A stretch of DNA of 64,000 bases from Candidatus Poribacteria bacterium (GCA_009839745.1 VXPE01000108.1:8121-72120); one strand, 5' to 3'; numbered from the stretch's first letter, positions 28,301 to 37,128 are shown. The notes: generated by a model from the sequence alone, not told the origin. Numbers and translations: made by a program.

Positions 28301-29402
28301 AACGATTATCGCTTTACTCGGAGTTGCGATGCTTTTTTGTTTCGCAACAGTTTCCGAAGCAGCGTGGACGATCCTGCGTGAAGACAACTTCGTCCGAGAT
28401 GATGGAATTGATGCCAGATTACAAGATGTCTATTTCATGGATAACGAGAGAGGTTTGGTCGTTGGAGATAACGGTTTAATATTGGTGACGACGGACGGTG
28501 GCAAAATCTGGGGCAAAATCGAAGTTGATATGCGTCCCCCCGGTGCCGTGCAAAGACCAGGCGGACGTCCGGGGGGTGGCGGTGGTCCCCCCGGTGCGGG
28601 TGGTCCCCCAGCGGGTATGTTCGGTGGTGGCGGTGGTGCGCCGCTCTATAATATCTACTTTGTAGATGAAAACGTCGGCTATATCACTGGCGGTAGAGCG
28701 ACTATCCTGAAGACCGAAGACGGGGGTAAAACTTGGACACGGAAAATGGCGATGAGCGATACCCCCGGACGTGATGGTAGGCCAGGACGCCTTCGCGCCA
28801 ATCTGATGGGTATCCAGATGATTAGTGAAACAACCGGTTTCATTGCCGGAAGCGAGAACACGATCCTCAAAACAACCGATGGCGGCGAAACGTGGGTAGG
28901 GAGTTCCGAACGGGCACGCGTCGGCGAGACCCGGAACAACCTTGAAAATATCTGGTTCGTCTCCCCTACAATGGGTTGGGTTATCGGTTCCTTCGGAACG
29001 CTCCTGCACACCACGGATGGCGGTGAAACCTGGGAGAAACGGAACCTTGCCAGCGTCGATGATAACCTGTTTGGTATCCACTTCGTTGATGAAAACATGG
29101 GTTGGATATGCGGACAAGGCGGCTTAATTCTTCATACCGCCGACGGCGGTGCAACGTGGAATCAGCAAAAAACCGACTCATACGACGATCTCCACGATAT
29201 TATCTTCGTTGATGCCATGGTCGGTTGGGTAGTCGGCGGCTATAACACTATTTTACACACAACCGATGGCGGCAAAACTTGGAACAAGCCCCCTGCATCA
29301 GTGGGTGGAATTGATAGTTTTAAAGGCGTTCATGCAACCGACTCGAATAACTGTTGGACAGTTAACGATGGAGGGGTCATCGCAGGATACAAAGCCCAAT
29401 AG
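28293..29402 (+). CDS. Secreted BNR/Ycf48-like beta-propeller protein
   Basis: Start at MIRTIIALLGVAMLF after AAGGAG. Repeated T[TE]DGG.[TI]W units. Has a Gly/Pro-rich insert RPPGAVQRPGGRPGGGGGPPGAGGPPAGMFGGGGG. Confidence 0.65.
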   Translation: MIRTIIALLGVAMLFCFATVSEAAWTILREDNFVRDDGIDARLQDVYFMDNERGLVVGDNGLILVTTDGGKIWGKIEVDMRPPGAVQRPGGRPGGGGGPPGAGGPPAGMFGGGGGAPLYNIYFVDENVGYITGGRATILKTEDGGKTWTRKMAMSDTPGRDGRPGRLRANLMGIQMISETTGFIAGSENTILKTTDGGETWVGSSERARVGETRNNLENIWFVSPTMGWVIGSFGTLLHTTDGGETWEKRNLASVDDNLFGIHFVDENMGWICGQGGLILHTADGGATWNQQKTDSYDDLHDIIFVDAMVGWVVGGYNTILHTTDGGKTWNKPPASVGGIDSFKGVHATDSNNCWTVNDGGVIAGYKAQ

Positions 29403-29425
29403 TTGTCAGTTATCAGTTGTCAGTT
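29401..29425. repeat. Heptanucleotide tandem repeat AGTTGTC/AGTTATC (3.5 units)
   Basis: AGTTGTCAGTTATCAGTTGTCAGTT, directly at the stop codon. A near-identical array lies at 39414-39438. Confidence 0.8.
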
Positions 29426-29532
29426 TTAACCATCAACTCGTGCTTTAACATTTATACCGGAGTCGATGTTGATGGTTAAAGTTAAGAATGTTCCTGTAAC
29501 AAATCACTATCTTTTCATTTAAAGGAAAAGCA

Positions 29533-30744
29533 ATGTCAGAACTCAGAAGCCATAACGTCACGATGCTCGGCACTGGACTCATCGGAATGTTCTACACGAT
29601 GACACTCCACAACCAGCGCGGCGCAGACCGCGTCCACAGCGTCTATTCACGGCGCGAAGAACGCGCGACAGCGTTCGCCGAAGAGTGGAACATCCCGCAC
29701 GCAACAACCGATCTCTCAGAGGCGATCAATCACCCTGAAACGGATACCGTTGTTATTGGATTACCCAATAACTTGCACCTGAAAGCCGTGGAACTCGCGG
29801 CAGCAGCCGGCAAAAGCATCCTCTCTACGAAACCTCTTGGACGCACTGCTGAAGAGGCGAAAGCGATGTTGGACATCGTTGAAAACGCCGGTGTATTTGG
29901 CGGTTATCTTGAAGATCTCGTCTATCCCCCCAAAACCCTCAAAGCGTTAGAGTCCGTCCACAACGGTGCCCTCGGTAAGATCCTGTGGGTGCGTTCCCGC
30001 GAGACGCATCCGGGTCCACATAGTGATTGGTTCTGGGATCTGGAGCAAGCAGGCGGTGGTGCCATTGTCGATATGGGATGCCACTGCATCGAGATCATCC
30101 GAAACTTCGTCGGGAAAAATAACAGACCGCTTGAGGTGATGTGCTGGGCAGACACGCTCGTACATCCCATTGATGCGGAAGACCACGGCATTGCGCTTAT
30201 CCGATTTGAGAGTGGAGCAATGGGACAATTCGAGGTCGGCTGGGCATTCCGAGGCGGCATGGATTTGCGTGACGAGGTCTCCGGGAGTGAAGGAACCATC
30301 TGGCTCAACCACTGGCTCCGCACAGGTTATGAGATGTTCACGGCTGTCGGGCAGGGGGGATACGTCGCTGAGAAAGCAGAGAGCGACACGGGTTGGCTCT
30401 TCCCCGTTGGTGATGAGGTTGCGGAGCTTGGCTATCGCGATATGTTCCTCGATATGTTCAACGCGATTGACGAAGGACGTGAACCGATGGAAACCTTCTA
30501 TGACGGTTACGTCGTGAACGCTATTATCGATGCTTGTTATAAATCCGCGAAATCTAAACAGTGGGAAGTCGTTGAACTTCAGGAGTGGCGGGGTACAACA
30601 GAAACCGCCGATGCACAAACCACCGAGGCGGATGCCGATGAGCGATATGCCCCTCTCAAGAGTGAACGGATGCCGGATGGCAGAATGAAACGCATCTTCA
30701 GGGACCGGGAAACCGGGGAGATTATTGAGAGAGTAGAGGCTTAA
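29533..30744 (+). CDS. Gfo/Idh/MocA family oxidoreductase
   Basis: N-terminal Rossmann [13 protein letters not shown] and a STKPL (EKP-like) motif. 403 aa. Confidence 0.75.
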   Translation: MSELRSHNVTMLGTGLIGMFYTMTLHNQRGADRVHSVYSRREERATAFAEEWNIPHATTDLSEAINHPETDTVVIGLPNNLHLKAVELAAAAGKSILSTKPLGRTAEEAKAMLDIVENAGVFGGYLEDLVYPPKTLKALESVHNGALGKILWVRSRETHPGPHSDWFWDLEQAGGGAIVDMGCHCIEIIRNFVGKNNRPLEVMCWADTLVHPIDAEDHGIALIRFESGAMGQFEVGWAFRGGMDLRDEVSGSEGTIWLNHWLRTGYEMFTAVGQGGYVAEKAESDTGWLFPVGDEVAELGYRDMFLDMFNAIDEGREPMETFYDGYVVNAIIDACYKSAKSKQWEVVELQEWRGTTETADAQTTEADADERYAPLKSERMPDGRMKRIFRDRETGEIIERVEA

Positions 30745-30753
30745 AAAAAGAAA

Positions 30754-30795
30754 GGCGATTGCGCTCCAGCGTTGAGGCTGGCAGTGGCAATCGCC
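30754..30795 (-). terminator. Rho-independent terminator for the minus-strand sigma factor gene
   Basis: GGCGATTGC...GCAATCGCC stem with an inner CCAGC/GCTGG stem. On the minus strand it is followed by CTTTCTTTTTTT. Confidence 0.65.
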
Positions 30796-30822
30796 GCTAT
30801 GCGTCGTTCATAATATTTGCCT

Positions 30823-31482
30823 CTATTCAATGAGTCCCAGATTTTGACATTCACGTCTCAATTTGCTTTCCACCTGTTTCAGGAGTTGATTGATTCTCGG
30901 ATTGCTCAGCGTGAGTCGTTCCGCTATATCCACCTGCTTCAGGTTCTGTCGGATGCAGGTGAACGCCTGCTGTTCACGTTTCGTCAAACGTTGTAGGAGT
31001 CGCGGCAGTGCCTTCTCGAAATCGGCGTTCCACATTTCATAGATGAGTCTATCCACAAAGTCATCTCGCTCGTCTGGCAATGCGAACCCCCTTCTCCTTT
31101 GCTCGTTGCGATGTGCCTCTGAGTTTTCTTGAGAAGCGTCATCCTCATAGGAAACAGACGTAAACCGCCAGGAGTGTTGCACCTCTTTCTTCTTTTCGCG
31201 TGTCAATGCTCCACAGACCCATGGAAGGATATAACTACGAAAGGATGCCTTTCGCTGGTGGTTTGGGTCAAAAGCAGGTCCTTTCTTCCAGAGCGTTATC
31301 CGAGCGATTTGCAATAAATCTTCTTGAATACTTGGAAGAGCCGGCGTTGCGTAAGCAGTGCAGTTCGCACACCGATTCAGATCACTTTCAAAACGGCTGA
31401 GCGTTTCATCAGTCGCCTTAAAAACGCCTTCATGGGTGTAAGACGGACATTTCATGCCTTCCGATCGACACCTCAGTTTCAT
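30823..31482 (-). CDS. Sigma-70 family (ECF-like) sigma factor with an N-terminal Cys-rich segment
   Basis: Start at MKLRCRSEGMKC after GAGGAGG. Region-2-like DLLQIARITLWKK and region-4 HTH LTKREQQAFTC...QVDIAERLTLSNPRINQL. The N-terminus has C-x7-C...C-x2-C. Confidence 0.65.
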   Translation of the reverse strand: MKLRCRSEGMKCPSYTHEGVFKATDETLSRFESDLNRCANCTAYATPALPSIQEDLLQIARITLWKKGPAFDPNHQRKASFRSYILPWVCGALTREKKKEVQHSWRFTSVSYEDDASQENSEAHRNEQRRRGFALPDERDDFVDRLIYEMWNADFEKALPRLLQRLTKREQQAFTCIRQNLKQVDIAERLTLSNPRINQLLKQVESKLRRECQNLGLIE

Positions 31483-32143
31483 AAGAAACCTCCTCGTGCC
31501 TCCAAAGAAAGTTCTCCACAATGTCCACGTCATTATGGATTTTACTATGAAGGATAGCATATTTGTCTCTATCTGTCAAGAAAAGTATTTTATTTCAAGA
31601 CTTTCGGTTTGAGAGAGTTTCACCCTATGTGAAATTACGCTCTACAACAGCTCGCGGATGCTACCATTTCAGATGTATTTTGAAGAGGACTCACGCAAAA
31701 TTGAGGAGGGATCCTATCCCCATTCATGCGGCAGGTACGGTTTTAAGCCGCACCTACCGGTAAATTGCGTAAGTCCTATATTTGTAAGCATGAAAACTAA
31801 GATGCAGATGCACTATCATAATCCTGCTGTCCATTTCCGTTATTATCAACACCTCCGATTGATGCCGAGGCATTGGCACTCGTAATTCCATCGGTAGATG
31901 CGTTAACAGAAGCAGATGTTGCACCGGAATATCTCCGGCTTTCACTATCAGAATCAGAACCTGCTGAGGCCGAAATAGACAGGCCTCCGTATGCTATATC
32001 GTCACTAGAGGATGCGCTTGCACTTGCACTGGAATGACTCCCGCTGCTGTAACTATAAGTAGAAGCACTTGCACTTGCGGAAACACCAGCATCTAGACTA
32101 CTAGTATTGCATCAAGATTGAGTTTATAGGTAGGTTCGTAGTC

Positions 32144-32192
32144 GTGCGATTTATCGCACGTCGATAACGCAAGAACGGGCAATGAATTGCCC
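32144..32192. repeat. Pair of short REP-like hairpins
   Basis: GTGCGAT-TTA-TCGCAC (32144-32159) and GGGCAAT-GA-ATTGCCC (32177-32192). A similar GCGATAAATCGC lies near 21078. Confidence 0.6.
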
Positions 32193-32296
32193 TACTACAA
32201 ACGAAAAAATATCCCTTAAGTTCAAAGTTGAAGAACTACTAGAAGACATGATAAAGTATAAGAGACTGGTAATGAGCAGAAAACTGAAGATTTTCA

Positions 32297-33073
32297 TTAT
32301 GGTAACTCCTGTGAAGTTAAAAAGGCATAAGGATCAATACCTTGGCCTTCAGATGAATCTAAGTCAATTAATCGTACATTTGGTGGAGGCAAGTCGAAAA
32401 TATCTTTTTGTTCAAAACGAACATCTCCTCCTCCAAAACTTTTGCTAATGACGGGGCCCAGCGTCCCATCCGGATAACGGATCTCTTTCCATTTGACGTA
32501 GAGCGTATTGACATAGTGGGGATGAACTCTGCCATTTTTACCAATAGATCCCCCTACGAAATCGCGTACGTCCTGATTCCAGAGTTTAACCAAGACATGA
32601 TCGATGAGTTTGTGCTCGTAGCTGAGTTGTTCCTGCAACTCCATCGATCGATCCCAATATGGAGTCAGCGGGTACCCCGACGGAGTTGTTTTGAAATCAA
32701 ACGGAGCTGCTACCTCTGGACTCAATTCTGAAGGCTCAACAACATCCATCTCTAATTCAGGGGGCACCTTAAACTCGGCATCGTTTTGGGGCATTTGGGT
32801 AAGCATGGGTGGTAACGTCTCAACCGGTTCAAGAAATGTTTCCGCTTGTTCAAAGTCCACCGGACTGGTATCTACAGCGTCTGCCGCAGGACGAGTCTTG
32901 TTTTTGCGCTCAAGCTGCAGCAACACGGACGATTGCGCCAATTCGTCCTGAGTGGTGCGACGGACGTGCCAATTATACAAGAAACTACTACCGACACACA
33001 GCAAAAAGAAAACGAAACCCGCGAGAAGACTTCTGCTTGAGAAAATATCCCCGAACCTGCTGTTTTTGAACAT
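32297..33073 (-). CDS. Single-pass membrane protein with an acidic/Pro-rich linker and a C-terminal globular domain (hypothetical)
   Basis: Start at MFKNSRFGDIF after AAGGAG. TM segment LLAGFVFFLLCVGSSFLY. No recognisable motif. Confidence 0.45.
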   Translation of the reverse strand: MFKNSRFGDIFSSRSLLAGFVFFLLCVGSSFLYNWHVRRTTQDELAQSSVLLQLERKNKTRPAADAVDTSPVDFEQAETFLEPVETLPPMLTQMPQNDAEFKVPPELEMDVVEPSELSPEVAAPFDFKTTPSGYPLTPYWDRSMELQEQLSYEHKLIDHVLVKLWNQDVRDFVGGSIGKNGRVHPHYVNTLYVKWKEIRYPDGTLGPVISKSFGGGDVRFEQKDIFDLPPPNVRLIDLDSSEGQGIDPYAFLTSQELP

Positions 33074-33368
33074 AACGAACTCCTTTGATTGAGAACTGGT
33101 AGTCCACTGGAATGTAACCACAATACAACCTGTTGCATTTGCCACTATATATGACACCCAAACGAAAAAAGTTAAGAGTAAAACCGCATTTTTTTGCTTT
33201 TTTACAAAAAACCTGAAAATTTTAGCGGTTATCCCAGAAATTGAGCCGAAAAATCTATGCGTACACATATCCGCATCTATCTGGTAAAGGATAGCAGATT
33301 CGTTCCTATCTGCCAAACTAAACCTCGGTGACAAAACTGTCTTGATGAGTTATCCAATTTGTTGACAT

Positions 33369-33390
33369 TCCCACAGCTAAAGCGGTGGGA
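33369..33390 (-). repeat. IS200/IS605 right-end hairpin, copy 3
   Basis: TCCCACAGC-TAAA-GCGGTGGGA, 63 nt downstream of the TnpB fragment stop on the minus strand. Confidence 0.6.
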
Positions 33391-33452
33391 TTCTTGTTTC
33401 GTCATTTCGCGCCTCCCGCAAGTGGAGGACTTATAGAAACTCCACAAGCGTT

Positions 33453-33773
33453 TTAACTCTCCGCGTATCCCGCGGCGAGCGTTCTTAAATTGAGTGCTGC
33501 GTTAGTGTCTCGGTCTATGGACCTTCCGCAGTGATTGCACTGATACTGCCTATCTGATAGCGTTAAGTCGTCTTTTTTATGTCCACAGGTGCTACAGATT
33601 TTAGAACGTGCGAAAAAGCGATCCGCCTGCACAATCGGGATACCCAATGCTTGGGCTTTCGTCTTGAGTTTCTCAAGAAAACCTCCGAGTGCCGTATCAG
33701 ATAACGCCTTTGCTAACTTTCGATTCTTAAGCAGGTTCGTAACCTGTAGCGTCTCAATACCGATTTGTACTTG
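33453..33773 (-). mobile_element. tnpB: TnpB (IS200/IS605 OrfB) C-terminal fragment, about 107 codons
   Basis: The open frame reads QVQIGIETLQVTNLLKNRKLAKALSDTALGGFLEKLKTKAQALGIPIVQADRFFARSKICSTCGHKKDDLTLSDRQYQCNHCGRSIDRDTNAALNL. That covers the RuvC-II Glu, a CxxC...CxxC zinc ribbon and the RuvC-III DRD. The N-terminal two thirds are absent. Confidence 0.8.
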
Positions 33774-33780
33774 TCAATCT

Positions 33781-34386
33781 ACTGCTCCAGCGATTTATGC
33801 CGCGTCTGGCGATGTCGGAAGCCGACCTGCAAACCATTTACGTGATGGTCGTGATGGTATCAACGATCAGCGGGCATATGATGATGGGGTACCTCATCCC
33901 AGCGCTTACGCATACGTTTCGGTTCGCAACCCCCGAAAACGAATGGCTATCGCTTTTTGGAAACAATATTCCCAGTTGGATTGCAATCAAAAGCGCACGT
34001 ATCTTAGATGGGTTCTACGAGGGAGATTCTACCCTCTATAATTCTACTACGCTCCACGGGAGACGGGTGTGCCGGAACTCGGCGTTATCGGCAGCAGTTT
34101 CCTGTTTACGATCTTCCTGATGATTATGAAAATTCGGTTTCTCTGGTGGCCCCTGCATCCGGGCGGTTACGTGTTAGTCAGTGGCTCTGGAATGGGGAGG
34201 TTATGGTTTACAATCTTCTTGGGGTGGTTAGCGAAGGCGATTGTGCTAAAGATTGGCGGTGTGAAACTCTATCGACAAGCAATCCCATTCTTTTTAGGGC
34301 TAATCTTAGGGGATTACACGCTCGGATGTGTCTGGAGTCTCATCGGGCTGGTGCTGCAGATACCGACCTATATTGTGTGGCATTGA
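33781..34386 (+). pseudogene. Decayed paralog of the 35188-37116 membrane protein (5' truncation plus about 1.1 kb internal deletion)
   Basis: 33781-34050 aligns to 35380-35650 (PRLAMSEADLQTIYVMVVM...GFYEGDSTLYNS). 34055-34386 aligns to 36783-37116 (PELGV.G.SFLFTIFLM.MKIRFLWWPLHPGGYVLVSG...TYIVWH). Confidence 0.8.
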
Positions 34387-34400
34387 GGTGTTCAGGACCC

Positions 34401-34429
34401 TTGAAAACTTATGCAAAGAGCAGTATAAT
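34401..34429 (+). promoter_or_regulatory. Sigma-70 promoter TTGAAA-N17-TATAAT
   Basis: Hexamers at 34401-34406 and 34424-34429, about 30 nt upstream of the PPS start. Confidence 0.6.
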
Positions 34430-34460
34430 AGAAGGAAACTTCTGCTGAGGTGCTACGCAA

Positions 34461-35198
34461 TTGAGCGACGTTCCCAAAACACATCCCCGTTACCTTTCAT
34501 TGACGTTACGAGATACCATCGTTGCAGGTGTGGAACAAGGGATTACCTCTGTCCACGGGCTTATCGCGCACGGACGCGGGGAGGCTTTCGATTACCTCAT
34601 CGGGGAAACGACACAACCCTTCGCGACGGAGGCAATCCACGCCGCCGCGGCGATGCTATGTCTTGCTGAACACCCCGTCATTTCGGTCAATGGCAATGTC
34701 GCTGCGTTGGCACCTGAAGCACTCATTGAACTCGGACAAGTTCTGAACGCGCCGTTAGAGGTCAATATTTTCCACACGGAGACGGGACGCGAGCAGAGGA
34801 TCCGAGAATATCTCCTGAAACACGGCGCACCCGACGTGCTGATGCCGACAACCGAGGCGCAACTCTCCTATATCGACTCCAATCGGAAGTTCGTGCATCC
34901 AGACGGGATTTTTAAAGCAGATGTCGTCTTCGTGCCGCTTGAGGACGGCGACAGATGTGAAGCACTCCGAAAGATGGGCAGAGCCGTCGTAACCATCGAT
35001 CTGAACCCAATGTCGCGCACAGCGAAGCAAGCGAGTATCACAATCGTGGATAACGTCGTCCGAGCGTTGCCACTGTTATGTGAAGAGATTCGGGACTTCA
35101 GCGATCCCTCAGCACAGGATACCCTGAAAAGATACAGCAACGCAGCGGCGTTACAGGAAGCATTACGGCACATCAGCAGGAGCGGGAATGGAGACTAA
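34461..35198 (+). CDS. Archaeal-type phosphopantothenate synthetase (4-phosphopantoate--beta-alanine ligase, COG1701/DUF137 family)
   Basis: TTG start. HPRYLSLTLRD...GITSVHGLIAHGRGEAFDYLIGETT...HPVISVNGNVAALAPE...ADVVFVPLEDGDRCEALRKMGRAVVTIDLNPMSRTAKQASITIVDNVVRA closely matches the conserved blocks I recall for the Thermococcus-type enzyme. Confidence 0.8.
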   Translation: MSDVPKTHPRYLSLTLRDTIVAGVEQGITSVHGLIAHGRGEAFDYLIGETTQPFATEAIHAAAAMLCLAEHPVISVNGNVAALAPEALIELGQVLNAPLEVNIFHTETGREQRIREYLLKHGAPDVLMPTTEAQLSYIDSNRKFVHPDGIFKADVVFVPLEDGDRCEALRKMGRAVVTIDLNPMSRTAKQASITIVDNVVRALPLLCEEIRDFSDPSAQDTLKRYSNAAALQEALRHISRSGNGD

Positions 35199-37116
35199 CG
35201 GAAACGGAAAAACCAATCTTGTCAAACCGCATATTCTGCTGATTGGACTGGTGCTTGTCGTCTTTAATAGCTACTGGTGCCTGATGGGGACCGAGGTATG
35301 GCACTCTACACAGCTGACGATCGCCTCTCTGTTTTTCAATGCCGTTTTTACCCTCCTTGTTTTCGTTCTCGTCAACCTACTGTTCCAGCGATTCCTGCCC
35401 CGTCTGGCGATGTCGGAAGCCGATCTGCAAACCATCTACGTGATGGTCGTTATGCTGACGACTATCAGTGGGCATACCATGATGGGCTACCTCATCCCCG
35501 TCCTCGCTCACGCCTTTCAATTCGCAACGCCAGAAAACGAATGGATTCCGTTATTCGGGCATCACGTTCCGACATGGATTGCCGTTAAAAGCCCACGCAT
35601 TTTGGACGGGTTCTACGAGGGGGATTCCACACTCTATAACTCCCCCACCTTAAACGCATGGATACCGCCGGTGTTGGCGTGGTCGGGTTTCGTGATTGCG
35701 CTCTGGCTGACGTTGTTGGCGGTGACGGTTTTTCTCCGGAAGCAGTGGACGGAAAATGAACGACTGAACTATCCTATCGTCCAGCTCCCTTTAGCACTCA
35801 CGAGCAATCCGAAACGCTTTTTTACTTCGCCGTGGATGTGGCTCGGTTTCGCGCTCGCAGGGAGCGCGGAATTGCTGAACGGTTTGAACTATCTATTTCC
35901 TGATATACCTGCCCTACCGATTAAAGGCAAGACGATTGGGCAATTCAGCTCGAAGCCGTGGAGTGCGATGGGACCGATACGTATCTCCTTCTACCCGTTT
36001 AGTATCGGTTTGATGTTCTTCACACCCTTAGACCTCTCGTTTTCCTGTTGGTTCTTCTGGCTTCTCGGTCGCCTCCAACTGATTGTAACGGACGCGCTCG
36101 GGGCACGGAATATCTATCATCTCGAACAACAAACGGGGGCGTGGATAGCGTTCGGATGTATCCCGTTGTGGATCGGACGACGGCACTACGGACGCATCCT
36201 TCGGAAGGTCTTCGGCATTGCTCAACGCCGCGGTGAAGCAGCACCTGACGATTCGCGTGAACCGATGCGCTATCGGACTGCGGCGGGACTGTTCACGATC
36301 GGGATGCTGTGTCTCTTCTTTTTCTGTTTCCAGATGGGGATGACCTTCTGGGCGATTGGACTCTTTTTTCTCTTCTATTTCCCGCTGGTTATCGGGATCA
36401 CGCGTATCCGCGCTGAAATTGGACCCCCGTTGCATCAACTTATCTTTGTCGATCCCGGACGGACGATGGTGCTTGCGTTGGGCACGCGGCGTCTCGGGGC
36501 AGGCAACCTGACGGGACTCACGTTTCTCTACCCGTTTGTCCGCTGTTTCCGTGCGCATCCGACACCGAGTGAGTTGGAGGCGTTCCGTCTGGCAGAACGG
36601 AGCCAGATTGGGTATCGTCAGTTGCTCATCGGGATGATCTTGGCGATTGTGTTCGGTATCCTGATAACGTTTTGGGCGTATCTGCACGTCCTCTACGATA
36701 TGGGTGCGGGGAGCAAGGCGCGCGGCTGGATCGTCTATATGGGGTGGGAGACGTTCAATCGTTTACAGACGTGGCTTGTCAGTCCGCGGGAGACGGCTGT
36801 GCCTGAACTCGGGGTTGTCGGTGGGAGTTTCCTGTTCACGATCTTCCTGATGCTGATGAAGATCCGATTTCTGTGGTGGCCCCTGCATCCCGGGGGTTAT
36901 GTCCTCGTCAGCGGGACAGGGATGGGCGGTCTGTGGTTTCCGATTTTCCTGAGTTGGTTGGCGAAAGCGACTGTGCTGAAGATCGGAGGCGTGAAACTCT
37001 ATCGACAGGCAGTGCCGTTCTTTCTGGGATTGATTTTGGGAGATTATACGCTTGGATGCGTCTGGAGTTTAATCGGATTGGTGCTGGAGATGCCGACGTA
37101 TATCGTGTGGCATTGA
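35188..37116 (+). CDS. Polytopic membrane protein of unknown function (642 aa)
   Basis: The start overlaps the PPS stop by 11 nt. More than 12 hydrophobic helices. A paralog remnant lies upstream. Confidence 0.6.
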   Translation: METNGNGKTNLVKPHILLIGLVLVVFNSYWCLMGTEVWHSTQLTIASLFFNAVFTLLVFVLVNLLFQRFLPRLAMSEADLQTIYVMVVMLTTISGHTMMGYLIPVLAHAFQFATPENEWIPLFGHHVPTWIAVKSPRILDGFYEGDSTLYNSPTLNAWIPPVLAWSGFVIALWLTLLAVTVFLRKQWTENERLNYPIVQLPLALTSNPKRFFTSPWMWLGFALAGSAELLNGLNYLFPDIPALPIKGKTIGQFSSKPWSAMGPIRISFYPFSIGLMFFTPLDLSFSCWFFWLLGRLQLIVTDALGARNIYHLEQQTGAWIAFGCIPLWIGRRHYGRILRKVFGIAQRRGEAAPDDSREPMRYRTAAGLFTIGMLCLFFFCFQMGMTFWAIGLFFLFYFPLVIGITRIRAEIGPPLHQLIFVDPGRTMVLALGTRRLGAGNLTGLTFLYPFVRCFRAHPTPSELEAFRLAERSQIGYRQLLIGMILAIVFGILITFWAYLHVLYDMGAGSKARGWIVYMGWETFNRLQTWLVSPRETAVPELGVVGGSFLFTIFLMLMKIRFLWWPLHPGGYVLVSGTGMGGLWFPIFLSWLAKATVLKIGGVKLYRQAVPFFLGLILGDYTLGCVWSLIGLVLEMPTYIVWH

Positions 37117-37128
37117 CGCGAAAATGCC

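Noticed and set aside
28476-29117. 213-aa and 139-aa minus-strand ORFs
   Set aside because: They lie antisense to the BNR propeller gene, whose repeated TxDGGxTW motif fixes the true frame.
33589-34041. 150-aa plus-strand ORF
   Set aside because: It is a chimeric reading frame. It runs antisense through the TnpB fragment and then out of frame into the membrane-protein pseudogene, so it is not a gene.
36028-36687. 219-aa minus-strand ORF rich in Arg/Glu/Pro
   Set aside because: It lies antisense inside the 642-aa membrane protein gene, whose frame is supported by a paralog. It is a shadow ORF.
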